DNA of 64,000 nt, taken from the NCBI GenBank assembly GCA_946402445.1, contig CAMIWN010000008.1, positions 11,836-75,835 of the forward strand, given 5' to 3'. Made by a program: the position numbers and the translations under genes. Position 1 is the first letter of the stretch. Every line of letters starts with the position of its first letter. The notes under the pieces were generated by a model. It was not told the DNA's origin. It saw only the letters and a list, made by a program, of their open reading frames with translations, and did no database searches. The DNA is from an uncultured Bacteroidales bacterium (lineage in GTDB: Bacteria; Bacteroidota; Bacteroidia; Bacteroidales; F082). Positions 55,012 through 64,000 of the stretch are shown piece after piece.

Positions 55012-56556
55012 TCACCTTTTTCCTCTCACCTCCTCCAACGTTGGTGGGCCGTACACAAGTGATTTGCATTCATAAACAAAAATGTTTCTTACGGTCTTGC
55101 CATTGCGTTTGATGGGAATGACATCCACCAAGCGTATTTTTTTGAAATTAGTATAGGCGTAGGCTTTCTCGGGGTCAATAAAGAAATGACTGTCAGCGAG
55201 GTACCAGTAGTTTGCTTTTTTCTCGAATCCACCACGCTTCTCATTGATCCACTGGTATTTATGGATGTGGTCGAGCGGTCCGTAGCCGAGTGTTTTCAGC
55301 CCTAATGGACGTCCCACATAATAATCGATGTTTGCGGTGGGGAACCAGTTGTTGCCGATGATGGCATCGTTCTCGCTCATTTCACCTGCTGCGATCTCAC
55401 GTGCACGGACATGGGCAAATTTTTGACCAAGCTGTCGCCATCCATAGAGGTCGAGAGTGAAGTCATCCTTTCCAACCTCTCGTTCCTCGGTGTGATGATC
55501 CAAAGGGATAAAACCGGTTTTGATTTCGACTACACCGATGACCAAGATGAGAATGAGAATGGAAATCGAGCTGACAATCAGTTTTTTCTGTGTTTTTATA
55601 TGGAGGTTTTCCATCCAATTGGCACTCAACAGAATCAAAAGGATGAAGGCTGGCCCCGACCAATGTGGAAGAGTGGGGCGTGTCATCGAAAAGAGTAAAA
55701 ACAGTCCGATCATCGGCAACGCTGTGAGCAAGATAAGCTGTTGTGAGGAGGCGGGGAGGGAGAGGCGTTTTCTGAAAGAAGCGATAACGGCCAATAAGGC
55801 GATGACATAATTTACGGGGTTATTATAACCGAACTCGCCCACCAACTCGGTGATGAGGCTGATGGGACTGAAAGACTCGAAAATGCCTACTCGTCCGCTG
55901 TGAAATCGGAAGCTGATGAAGTCGTTCTGTATATTCCAATACAGGATGGGGAAACAACATAAAGCCGTGATAATCAGTGATACATATAGTATTGGGTTTT
56001 GAAGAGTCTTGCGCTCATAACAAAGCAGATATAACCCGAATCCTATCCAGAGAAAGATTCCTGAGTATTTGGATAGCATCGCTAATCCAGCGAATAATCC
56101 GAACAAAAGCAAATGTCGGTTGTTGTGAGGCTTCAGTATCATCCAGAAAGCCAGCAGCCAGAAAAGGCAAAGTGGTGTGTCGGGCATGATGAAAATCCCC
56201 GTGATGACAAAAGCATATACTGACGCGGTGTAGAGCAACGCAGCCCTAAACCCCGTGGCTTCATCGCGGAGCTCTTTCCCGATTTGATACATGATCCATG
56301 TGTTGAGGGTCATAAACACCACAGAAGAGAGCCTGATAAAGAACTCGCTGTCGAACAATAAGTTAAGACTAAACAACTGGATTATCCACCCTACCATGCC
56401 GGGGTGGTCAAAGTGACTCCAGTCGGGGAACATCGCGTAAGTCCAGTAATACACCTCGTCGTTGCCTAATTCCATCCATCCAGCCAAAAAGGCACGGATG
56501 AGGAAGCTGATTAGCAGCAGGAGGTGGATAGGCTTTATCCGCGATTTCTTGCTCAT
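55012..56556 (-). CDS. ArnT/GT39-family polytopic glycosyltransferase
   Basis: ~12 TM segments and a first-loop DE motif (MELGNDEVYYWTYA). ATGA overlap with the upstream PHP-like gene. Confidence 0.7.
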   Translation of the reverse strand: MSKKSRIKPIHLLLLISFLIRAFLAGWMELGNDEVYYWTYAMFPDWSHFDHPGMVGWIIQLFSLNLLFDSEFFIRLSSVVFMTLNTWIMYQIGKELRDEATGFRAALLYTASVYAFVITGIFIMPDTPLCLFWLLAFWMILKPHNNRHLLLFGLFAGLAMLSKYSGIFLWIGFGLYLLCYERKTLQNPILYVSLIITALCCFPILYWNIQNDFISFRFHSGRVGIFESFSPISLITELVGEFGYNNPVNYVIALLAVIASFRKRLSLPASSQQLILLTALPMIGLFLLFSMTRPTLPHWSGPAFILLILLSANWMENLHIKTQKKLIVSSISILILILVIGVVEIKTGFIPLDHHTEEREVGKDDFTLDLYGWRQLGQKFAHVRAREIAAGEMSENDAIIGNNWFPTANIDYYVGRPLGLKTLGYGPLDHIHKYQWINEKRGGFEKKANYWYLADSHFFIDPEKAYAYTNFKKIRLVDVIPIKRNGKTVRNIFVYECKSLVYGPPTLEEVRGKR

Positions 56557-57761
56557 GATTGCTGTTTTTTAAAGACACGAACAAGACAAAGGACGATGAC
56601 CACAAGATAAACGATATAGAAGAGAACGGTTTGGGTCATGTTAAGTTCGGCGGTGACTTGATCTTCGGGTGTCGGAGTGGGATGTCGAGTGATGGGGTTC
56701 AGATAGAAGAAGGTGAGATGTGGTAAACGCAGCTTCACCCTGACGTATGAATCGCTGGGCTGGATGATGTAACGGGCTTGTCCCACTCGTTCTTCGTGTT
56801 TTAGGACCTGGCCGTTTTGACCGATAAACTCCGCAACCTCAATGATGGGCGCATCGGTCTCAACCAACAAGGTGTCGCCAACCAACTCGCAACGGGTGAG
56901 ATGCGGCAGCTCATGCATTCGTTCCATTTTTAGCGCAAACGGCTTATCGTAATAGACATGGAACTCTACCACGTATGAACAGCCTCGTTCCAAGGCATCG
57001 TAAACGCTGTCTGCCGTCATGTTCGTGGTGTTAATCATGGTAAAATACCGACCTATCTCGTTGCTGTTCATTACGTTATGTGTGTCATCATCGCCTATGC
57101 CATACACTCGATGGCCTGTTGACAAAGCTGCGTCCCAGTGCTCGTATGCGGTGCCGTAGGGATTGCCGATTTCTAGCAGACGGTAACCGCTGAGATAACG
57201 CATGTCGCTGACTTTGTAGCCGTTGGTATAAGAAGCATGGGCGGGAACGGCAAAACGGCTGTGTTGTTGCAGCCTGCTCAAAAGGTGTTGCTTCATATCA
57301 AGGCTCTGCATGAATGGATAGTCCATCCATACCACTTTTTCAGCACCGATACAGAGCTGATGAGTCTTCTTAATAAAGCCATAGCCATGCTCGTATGCTG
57401 GGATATAATCAGGTAGTTCGCTTCCATGCGGGTTGATGTGCATGTAGTCGGAGATGCCATAATGGTTGTACCCCAGTAAATGATAGACGCTGTCGATATC
57501 GGTCTCCTTGCTAAGCCTTCCATTGGTGAGCCCTAGGTATTTGCGTGAATGACAATGGAAATTGTATTGCTTCCATTGGTCTGGTTTCATGGCTTGATAA
57601 GGGTTGTATAACGCTTCGCCACGGAATGGACGCCCTTCCCGGAACTGGTATCGCGGCGTGATCAGATAGACCACCAGCCAATAGCCAATAAGCAGAAAGA
57701 GCGGAATCGAAATCACAATCAGCACGATCCTTAGCGTCTTATTTTTGATATTCTTGTACAT
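56553..57761 (-). CDS. Membrane-anchored PHP-like (polymerase/histidinol-phosphatase fold) phosphoesterase
   Basis: TM segments at both termini. Metal-ligand-like motifs NFHCHS, ...VPAHASY... and GIGDDDTHN. Confidence 0.5.
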   Translation of the reverse strand: MYKNIKNKTLRIVLIVISIPLFLLIGYWLVVYLITPRYQFREGRPFRGEALYNPYQAMKPDQWKQYNFHCHSRKYLGLTNGRLSKETDIDSVYHLLGYNHYGISDYMHINPHGSELPDYIPAYEHGYGFIKKTHQLCIGAEKVVWMDYPFMQSLDMKQHLLSRLQQHSRFAVPAHASYTNGYKVSDMRYLSGYRLLEIGNPYGTAYEHWDAALSTGHRVYGIGDDDTHNVMNSNEIGRYFTMINTTNMTADSVYDALERGCSYVVEFHVYYDKPFALKMERMHELPHLTRCELVGDTLLVETDAPIIEVAEFIGQNGQVLKHEERVGQARYIIQPSDSYVRVKLRLPHLTFFYLNPITRHPTPTPEDQVTAELNMTQTVLFYIVYLVVIVLCLVRVFKKQQS

Positions 57762-57823
57762 ACTTTCTTAAAGATTTGCAAATGTAATTCTTTCTTTTTG
57801 ATTGCCAATTCCTAATTAATAGT

Positions 57824-57831
57824 TATTTTTG
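57824..57831 (+). promoter_or_regulatory. -7 box TATTTTTG for the suf operon
   Basis: Lies 37 nt upstream of ATG 57868. Confidence 0.5.
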
Positions 57832-57867
57832 CATGTTATTTAAAATAATTCTTAATTGTAAAGGGAA

Positions 57868-59319
57868 ATGGAATCCAATCCAAAGGAAAACATTATAAAT
57901 GAGGTTACTAACAAAGATTATGAGTTTGGTTTTGTAACCGATATTGAGACTGATTTTGTGCCGAAGGGCTTGAATGAGGATATTATTCGTATGATTTCAG
58001 CCAAGAAAGAAGAGCCGGAGTGGCTGCTTGAGTTTCGTTTGAAGGCTTTCCGTCATTGGCTGACGTTGAAACAGCCCAATTGGGGTCATCTTGATTTGCC
58101 AGAGATTGACTATCAAGATATTATTTATTATGCGGCCCCGCGTAAACGTCAAGAGAAACAAAGTCTCGACGAGGTGGACCCTGAATTGTTGGCGACTTTT
58201 GACAAGTTAGGCATCTCGCTCGACGAGCAGAAAAAACTCTCTGGTGTGGCGGTGGATGCCGTGATGGACAGCACTTCGGTGAAGACCACCTTTCAGGAGA
58301 CGCTTTCCAAACACGGGGTCATTTTCATGTCGTTCAGTGAGGCCGTCAAGCAACATCCCGACTTGGTGAGGAAATATCTTGGCAAGGTAGTGCCTTATAC
58401 TGATAATTTCTTCGCTGCCTTGAACTCAGCTGTCTTCAGCGACGGTTCGTTCTGCTACATCCCCAAAGGCGTGCATTGTCCTCTGGAACTCTCCACCTAT
58501 TTCCGTATCAATGCGGCTAACACAGGCCAGTTCGAGCGCACGCTGATTGTGGCCGACGAAGGGGCATACGTGAGTTACATGGAAGGCTGCACCGCTCCGA
58601 TGCGCGATGAGAACCAGCTTCATGCCGCCATCGTGGAGATCATCGCCGAGACCGATGCCGAGGTGAAGTACAGCACGGTACAGAACTGGTATCCAGGTGA
58701 TAAAGAAGGCAAGGGCGGTGTCTATAATTTAGTGACGAAACGTGGCCTTTGCCGTGGCGACCGTTCCAAGATCTCGTGGACTCAGGTGGAGACTGGTTCG
58801 GCCATCACCTGGAAATATCCTGGCTGTGTGTTACTCGGCGACCATTCTGTGGGTGAATTCTATTCTGTGGCAGTCACCAACAATTACCAGCAGGCCGACA
58901 CTGGCACCAAAATGATTCATCTGGGCAAAAACACCCGTAGCACCATCATCTCGAAAGGCATCTCCGCTGGACATAGTCAGAACAGCTATCGTGGCTTGGT
59001 TCGTGTGGCTCCTGGCGCTGTCAACTCACGCAACTATTCACAATGCGACTCCTTGCTGATGGGGGATCAATGTGGTGCCCACACCTGGCCATACGTCCAG
59101 TGTGGCAACGAGTCGAGCATCCTTGAACATGAGGCCACTACCTCCAAGATTTCAGAAGATCAGCTCTTTTACTGTCAGCAACGTGGCATTCCTACGGAGA
59201 AGGCCATCGGCCTCATCGTCAACGGCTATGCCAAGGACGTGCTCAACCGTCTGCCTATGGAGTTTGCCGTCGAAGCACAAAAACTTTTATCAATCACCTT
59301 GGAAGGAAGCGTGGGTTAA
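57868..59319 (+). CDS. sufB: Fe-S cluster assembly scaffold SufB
   Basis: 483 aa. It carries the conserved SufB C-terminal region (...[29 protein letters not shown]...). Confidence 0.95.
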   Translation: MESNPKENIINEVTNKDYEFGFVTDIETDFVPKGLNEDIIRMISAKKEEPEWLLEFRLKAFRHWLTLKQPNWGHLDLPEIDYQDIIYYAAPRKRQEKQSLDEVDPELLATFDKLGISLDEQKKLSGVAVDAVMDSTSVKTTFQETLSKHGVIFMSFSEAVKQHPDLVRKYLGKVVPYTDNFFAALNSAVFSDGSFCYIPKGVHCPLELSTYFRINAANTGQFERTLIVADEGAYVSYMEGCTAPMRDENQLHAAIVEIIAETDAEVKYSTVQNWYPGDKEGKGGVYNLVTKRGLCRGDRSKISWTQVETGSAITWKYPGCVLLGDHSVGEFYSVAVTNNYQQADTGTKMIHLGKNTRSTIISKGISAGHSQNSYRGLVRVAPGAVNSRNYSQCDSLLMGDQCGAHTWPYVQCGNESSILEHEATTSKISEDQLFYCQQRGIPTEKAIGLIVNGYAKDVLNRLPMEFAVEAQKLLSITLEGSVG

Positions 59320-59347
59320 CTATTGAATTTTAAAACTAATCATAAAT

Positions 59348-60100
59348 ATGTTACTGAATATCAAAAATTTACACGTCTCTGTTGGAGGCAAAGAAATCTT
59401 AAAGGGATTGAACTTGGGTGTCAATGAAGGTGAGATTCACGCCATCATGGGACCTAACGGTACTGGCAAAAGCACTTTGGCAGCTGCTATCACCGGTCGA
59501 GAAGGATATGAGATCACCGAGGGTGAGATCTGGTACAAGGGCAAGAACATCGTTGGGATGTCACCTGAGGACCGTGCCAACGAGGGTATCTTTCTGAGTT
59601 TCCAATACCCTGTAGAGATTCCTGGCGTGAGCATCCAGAACTTCATGCGCACCGCTGTCAACTCAAAGCGTGAATATCAAGGTCTTCCTGCTCTTTCTAC
59701 TATCGACTTCATGAAGAAGATGAAAGAGAAACAGGCTATGGTAGAGATTACCGAGAAGCTGCAAAACCGTTTTGTCAATGTGGGTTATTCCGGTGGTGAG
59801 AAGAAGAAAAACGAAATCTTCCAGATGGCTATGCTTGAGCCGAGCCTTGCCATCCTCGATGAGACTGATTCAGGACTGGATATCGATGCCCTGCGCATTG
59901 TGGCCAATGGTGTCAACCAGCTGCATAACAAAGATAACGCCTTTGTGGTGATCACTCACTACCAACGTCTTCTCGATTATATCGTGCCTGACTTCGTCCA
60001 TGTGATGTATGACGGACGTATTGTCAAGTCGGGTGGCAAACATCTTGCCATTGAACTCGAGGAGAAGGGTTACGAATGGATCAAGGAAATGAATCTGTAA
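59348..60100 (+). CDS. sufC: Fe-S cluster assembly ATPase SufC
   Basis: Walker A GPNGTGKST, ABC signature YSGGEKKK and Walker B ILDETDSGLD. Confidence 0.95.
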   Translation: MLLNIKNLHVSVGGKEILKGLNLGVNEGEIHAIMGPNGTGKSTLAAAITGREGYEITEGEIWYKGKNIVGMSPEDRANEGIFLSFQYPVEIPGVSIQNFMRTAVNSKREYQGLPALSTIDFMKKMKEKQAMVEITEKLQNRFVNVGYSGGEKKKNEIFQMAMLEPSLAILDETDSGLDIDALRIVANGVNQLHNKDNAFVVITHYQRLLDYIVPDFVHVMYDGRIVKSGGKHLAIELEEKGYEWIKEMNL

Positions 60101-60936
60101 TGTTTACGGTGATGGAATTTCTTGAAAACAATATCGTAGTAGAACGGAATAGATACCGCCAATTGGTGGTAATCGACGACACAGAACATCTTCAAGCCCA
60201 AGAAGAACATTGTGACATCGTTGTGGACGAGAATGCACAGCTCGAGATGTACCGTATTCAAAACCTCGACAACACCGCGAGCCTGAAGACGCACATCCAT
60301 ATCCACCAGCAACGCAATAGTCGCGTGCATTTCGTGGTGATATCCTTTAATGCGGGTGACCTCCACAACCATATCGAGGTTGACATTGATGGCGAGGGTT
60401 GTGAGACTCAGGTGTATGGCCTCTATCTCGTTGATAAGAAACAACATGTGGAAAACTATTTGAAAATCAACCACAATGTCCCGCACTGTAATAGTGATAC
60501 GCGTTTTAAGGGGATCATGGATGACGAGGCTACAGCGGTGTTCAATGGTCATGTGTATGTTGCCCCCGGTGCACAGAAAACAGATGCCCAACAAAACAAT
60601 GCCAATATCATCCTGACTTCCACGGCTAAAATTGATACTAAGCCTTTTTTGGAGATCTATGCCGATGATGTGAAGTGCTCGCATGGCACCTCCACAGGGC
60701 AACTCGACCAAGAAGTTATGTTTTACATGCGTCAGCGTGGCATCAGTATGGCTAATGCCAGAATGCTGTTGATGTATGCCTTTGCGGCGGAGATTAGCAA
60801 CCATATTAAAATCGACAGCCTGCATGAGACTATCGACGACATGATCAAACGCCGTTTGCGGGGCGAGCTTTCGAGCTGTGACCACTGTGTCCTGCATTGC
60901 AGCAAACCCGTTGGTATTCGGAATAAAACCGTTTAA
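60076..60936 (+). CDS. sufD: Fe-S cluster assembly protein SufD (short form)
   Basis: LEIYADDVKCSHGTSTGQLDQEVMFYMRQRGIS. An alternative start at ATG 60100 overlaps the sufC TAA (TAATG). The 275-aa antisense ORF is a shadow. Confidence 0.85.
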   Translation: MDQGNESVMFTVMEFLENNIVVERNRYRQLVVIDDTEHLQAQEEHCDIVVDENAQLEMYRIQNLDNTASLKTHIHIHQQRNSRVHFVVISFNAGDLHNHIEVDIDGEGCETQVYGLYLVDKKQHVENYLKINHNVPHCNSDTRFKGIMDDEATAVFNGHVYVAPGAQKTDAQQNNANIILTSTAKIDTKPFLEIYADDVKCSHGTSTGQLDQEVMFYMRQRGISMANARMLLMYAFAAEISNHIKIDSLHETIDDMIKRRLRGELSSCDHCVLHCSKPVGIRNKTV

Positions 60937-60938
60937 AG

Positions 60939-62174
60939 ATGTTGGATATCAGTGAAATAAGGAAACAGTTCCCTGTCCTCGACCAAAAGGTCTATGGCAA
61001 GCCATTAGTCTATCTCGACAATGCCGCCACGACCCAAAAGCCATTATGTGTCATCGAACGGGAACGTGATTATTACTTGCATGAGAACTGTAACATCCAC
61101 CGAGGGGTGCATTATCTCAGTCAAATGGCCACTGAGGCATACGAAAATGCACGCAGGACAGTGGCGCGTTTCATCAACGCCCCTGAAGCACGTGAGATTG
61201 TATTCACCCGTGGCACTACCGAATCCTTGAATCTGTTGGCGACATCGTTGGGTCAACTATTATTCGGTGGTGGTAAAAAGTCCTCTCATCTTCCCAAGGT
61301 TTTAGTGACCGCGATGGAACACCATTCCAACCTGGTTCCTTGGCAGCAGATGATCCAACATGAAGGTGGACAGTTGTTAGTGGTTCCTATGGATGACCAA
61401 GGTGTTCTCGACCTTAATGCATACGAGGAACTCTTGAAGCAAGGTCCTGAGATTGTAGCTATTGCTCATGTTTCCAATACGTTAGCTACAGTAAATCCTA
61501 TCAAAGAGATGATTCGTCTGGCCCATCAATATGGTGCCCTTACGGTTGTTGATGGAGCTCAGTCGATGGCGCATCTGCCTATTGATGTTCAGGACTTGGA
61601 CTGCGATTTCTTTGTGTTCTCAGGTCATAAAATGTATGCTCCTATGGGTATCGGTGGCTTATATGGCAAGACGGAATGGCTGGAGAAAATGCCTCCTTAC
61701 CAGTTCGGTGGGGAGATGGTTGATATAGTGAGTTTTGAAAGAACCACCTTTAATCAGTTGCCGTTTAAATTTGAGGCTGGAACGCCTAACGTAGGCGCTG
61801 CTTTGGGCTTAGAGACAGCTGTGAAGTTCATTGAGGGGTTGGATAGGAGGGATGTTGCTGAACATGAGAATTTGTTGGTGAAGACCACGATGGAAAAACT
61901 TTCCTCAATAGCGGGGATGCGTTTCATCGGACTAGCCCCTGAGCGTAGTGGATTGGTGAGTTTCATTATAGATGGCATCCATCCCTACGATCTTGGCACC
62001 ATTATTGACAAGATGGGCGTTGCTGTACGCACCGGTCATCATTGCGCTGAGCCAGTGATGACACGTTTTGGCATCCCCGGCACCGTAAGAGCCTCCTTTG
62101 CAATATATAATACCCTCGAAGAAGTGGATATCTTCGTAAATGCAGTGGAGCGGGCTGCGATGATGCTGAGGTGA
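60939..62174 (+). CDS. sufS: Cysteine desulfurase SufS
   Basis: PLP lysine motif FSGHKMYAPMGIG, and the active-site region RTGHHCAEP. Confidence 0.93.
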   Translation: MLDISEIRKQFPVLDQKVYGKPLVYLDNAATTQKPLCVIERERDYYLHENCNIHRGVHYLSQMATEAYENARRTVARFINAPEAREIVFTRGTTESLNLLATSLGQLLFGGGKKSSHLPKVLVTAMEHHSNLVPWQQMIQHEGGQLLVVPMDDQGVLDLNAYEELLKQGPEIVAIAHVSNTLATVNPIKEMIRLAHQYGALTVVDGAQSMAHLPIDVQDLDCDFFVFSGHKMYAPMGIGGLYGKTEWLEKMPPYQFGGEMVDIVSFERTTFNQLPFKFEAGTPNVGAALGLETAVKFIEGLDRRDVAEHENLLVKTTMEKLSSIAGMRFIGLAPERSGLVSFIIDGIHPYDLGTIIDKMGVAVRTGHHCAEPVMTRFGIPGTVRASFAIYNTLEEVDIFVNAVERAAMMLR

Positions 62175-62242
62175 GAGAGGTTTAAGGTGAGAGGTTAGTG
62201 AACGAAGCGAGATGAAAAAATGAATACAAAAAGACAAATTAT

Positions 62243-62665
62243 ATGACAATAAAAGAAATTCAAGATAGTATCGTAGAGGACTTCTCGATGTTCGACGACT
62301 GGATGGATCGTTACGCCCTGCTGATTGAGATGGGGAAAGAGTGCCCCATCATTGACGAACAATACCGTAATGACCAATACTTGATCAACGGTTGTCAATC
62401 ACGGGTGTGGCTCCATGCCGAACTCAAGGAGGGAAAGGTCTATTTCACCGCCGACAGCGATGCTGTGATTACTAAAGGTATTATCAACTTGTTAATCAAG
62501 GTCTTCTCTGGACAGACCCCACAGGATATCTTGTCCGCTGACCTCTCGTTTTTGGATGAAATCGGATTGAAAGAACACCTGAGCCCCACTCGCTCCAATG
62601 GCCTGCTCTCCATGCTGAAGCAGATGCTCCTCTACGCTGAAGCCTTTTGTGAGGTTAAAGGTTAG
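62243..62665 (+). CDS. sufE: Sulfur acceptor SufE
   Basis: LINGCQSRVWL (acceptor Cys). 140 aa. Confidence 0.88.
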   Translation: MTIKEIQDSIVEDFSMFDDWMDRYALLIEMGKECPIIDEQYRNDQYLINGCQSRVWLHAELKEGKVYFTADSDAVITKGIINLLIKVFSGQTPQDILSADLSFLDEIGLKEHLSPTRSNGLLSMLKQMLLYAEAFCEVKG

Positions 62666-62695
62666 AAGTGTCTCGTCTCACTCTTCTAATCTTAA

Positions 62696-63055
62696 TTAAT
62701 ATAGGAAGTCCATTGCTGAGTAGGCGCTGTAGTCACCATCGAGGCCTAACTCTGCTTTGGCTTCATCAGAGAGCATGTCGATACTCCATGCGGGTTCGAA
62801 GGTGAGTTCTACTTCCACTTTTTTCACTCCCATGATAGCGCTGACCCGCTGTTGCACCTCTCCCGGCAGCACCTCAGCGACTGGGCAGTTGGGAGCGGTA
62901 ACGGTCATCACAATCTTCACGTTGCCTTCTTCATCCACCTCTAACCCATAAATGAGATGTAACGTCCAGATATCCACGGGAATCTCTGGGTCATAGATGG
63001 TTTTCAAGACGCTGATGATTGTCTCTTTTAATGTTGCGACTTCTTCTTGCTTCAC
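62696..63055 (-). CDS. DUF59/MIP18-family Fe-S assembly protein (SufT-like)
   Basis: VLKTIYDPEIPVDIWTLHLIY... and MTVTAPNCPVAE. Confidence 0.8.
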   Translation of the reverse strand: MKQEEVATLKETIISVLKTIYDPEIPVDIWTLHLIYGLEVDEEGNVKIVMTVTAPNCPVAEVLPGEVQQRVSAIMGVKKVEVELTFEPAWSIDMLSDEAKAELGLDGDYSAYSAMDFLY

Positions 63056-63079
63056 TTCTTACTTTTTTCTTCTAACTTC

Positions 63080-64000
63080 TTAATTAATAATCAGGTATTC
63101 CACCTGTGTAGGTTGTGCCGACAATACTTGTACATGTTCTGGAATCCTAACCAGTGAGATGTTCAGCAGGGGATCCCGACGGTGAAGCTGTGCGGTGTCG
63201 GCTCGTACCGTAAACGACGAGGGATTCAAGGCTCCAAAGTCCTTGATGGCTACCATGCATCTCACCTTCATAGTCTCAGGAAAGAATCGGACATTAAGGC
63301 TGTCGGCGATGGTCACTGGCACTTCTACCACTTGTTCAGTGTATTTTTCCACGGCGACGGTGGCTTCCACTGTGTTGGTTTCCGAGTGGATGACTCCTTC
63401 ATAGAGGTTTACCTTTAAAATTTGATGCAGAGGTTCGGAGACGTTTTCCGCGGTTAAAGGTTCTGTGTAGAGGGCTGTCAGGGTGTCCAACATGTTTTTT
63501 GAGCCGTAAACTGTGATGGTGGAGGGCTCTGTCACGGGATCGCCATAGATTCGGTATTGCCGTTTTGTCTGTACCTCCAAAGGAACCTTCACGGGAAGTG
63601 TCTTCGATTGCAGATCCTCCATGTTGAAGTACTGCTTGTCGTCGTTAATCGTGATGTTCGAGGTGGGGATGTTAAGCCATTCAGCCACTTTCTCCGCTAC
63701 ATACTGCGAACTATAGGAATAGGTAACACCACCTTCCAGACGGTAAGGCACTTCATTCAAAGAAATATTCACCGCACGGCGTTTGCCGCGTACCATATTA
63801 TGCCCCAGGGTGACGAAACCGTCGGCTTCGAAAGTGAGTTTCACCTGTTGCTCAGGCGTTGATACCCACTTGTTGGCCGGGATATCAGTATAATGCACCC
63901 AGAAGAAGGTTTGTGTGGAGTAGTCTTTGGTGAGTTTGATCAGAAACCATAACACTGTGGATATGGCAAGAAAGATCAAAAAGGACAGGAACCTTCTCTT
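63080..64000 (-). CDS. YbbR-like domain (CdaR-family) membrane protein, 5' end outside the window
   Basis: The frame stays open to the window edge (…KRRFLSFLIFLAISTVLWFLIKLTKDYS), so the TTG start in the track is not the real start. One TM segment followed by repeated beta-rich YbbR-type modules. Confidence 0.6.
   Translation of the reverse strand, partial: KRRFLSFLIFLAISTVLWFLIKLTKDYSTQTFFWVHYTDIPANKWVSTPEQQVKLTFEADGFVTLGHNMVRGKRRAVNISLNEVPYRLEGGVTYSYSSQYVAEKVAEWLNIPTSNITINDDKQYFNMEDLQSKTLPVKVPLEVQTKRQYRIYGDPVTEPSTITVYGSKNMLDTLTALYTEPLTAENVSEPLHQILKVNLYEGVIHSETNTVEATVAVEKYTEQVVEVPVTIADSLNVRFFPETMKVRCMVAIKDFGALNPSSFTVRADTAQLHRRDPLLNISLVRIPEHVQVLSAQPTQVEYLIIN

Noticed and set aside
1-64000. 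Search for tRNA, rRNA, tmRNA, riboswitches, integrases/transposases, prophage or island boundaries, and additional defence genes.
   Set aside because: No cloverleaf-like or rRNA-like segments were seen in any spacer, and all spacers except 42050-42297 are under 185 nt. No recombinase-like ORF is present. No direct-repeat island borders were seen around the R-M locus within the window, though its left border lies outside. By-eye screening cannot exclude small ncRNAs inside or antisense to genes.

Overview
This is a Bacteroidales-type chromosomal segment. Three proteins carry T9SS C-terminal sorting domains, a complete Bat aerotolerance operon is present, and TAnnTTTG -7 promoter boxes sit 15-65 nt upstream of many start codons. 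About 57 protein genes are tightly packed, and most are housekeeping: alaS, secA, rny, ddl, frr, pyrH, pyrE, folE, coaD, birA, ung, rdgB, rluD, pepT and sufBCDSE. I saw no rRNA, tRNA, CRISPR array, transposase or integrase.

The only defence locus is at the left edge. It is a Type I R-M operon (hsdS, a Bro-N/Fic fusion gene, hsdR), and hsdM is presumably upstream of the window.

I did not find a clear-cut new multi-gene system. The observations most worth following up are:
1. The intact Fic AMP-transferase sits in the same slot that PrrC occupies in the E. coli prr locus.
2. A ~200-nt strongly structured candidate RNA lies in the 248-bp zapA-rny spacer. It may be 6S-like, or an rny leader/attenuator.
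3. A dispersed family of heptamer-built (ATTWAGA)n-GGG post-stop elements is present. In one copy they form a perfect 26-bp palindrome.
4. A G-rich palindrome flanked by 23-nt direct repeats is inserted inside the Bat operon.
5. BatC carries four inserted ~77-aa tandem repeats plus a poly-Q tail.

Several start codons in the ORF track were revised downstream, using signal peptides, gene overlaps and -7 boxes. All functional calls come from motif recognition by eye, and no database search was run.
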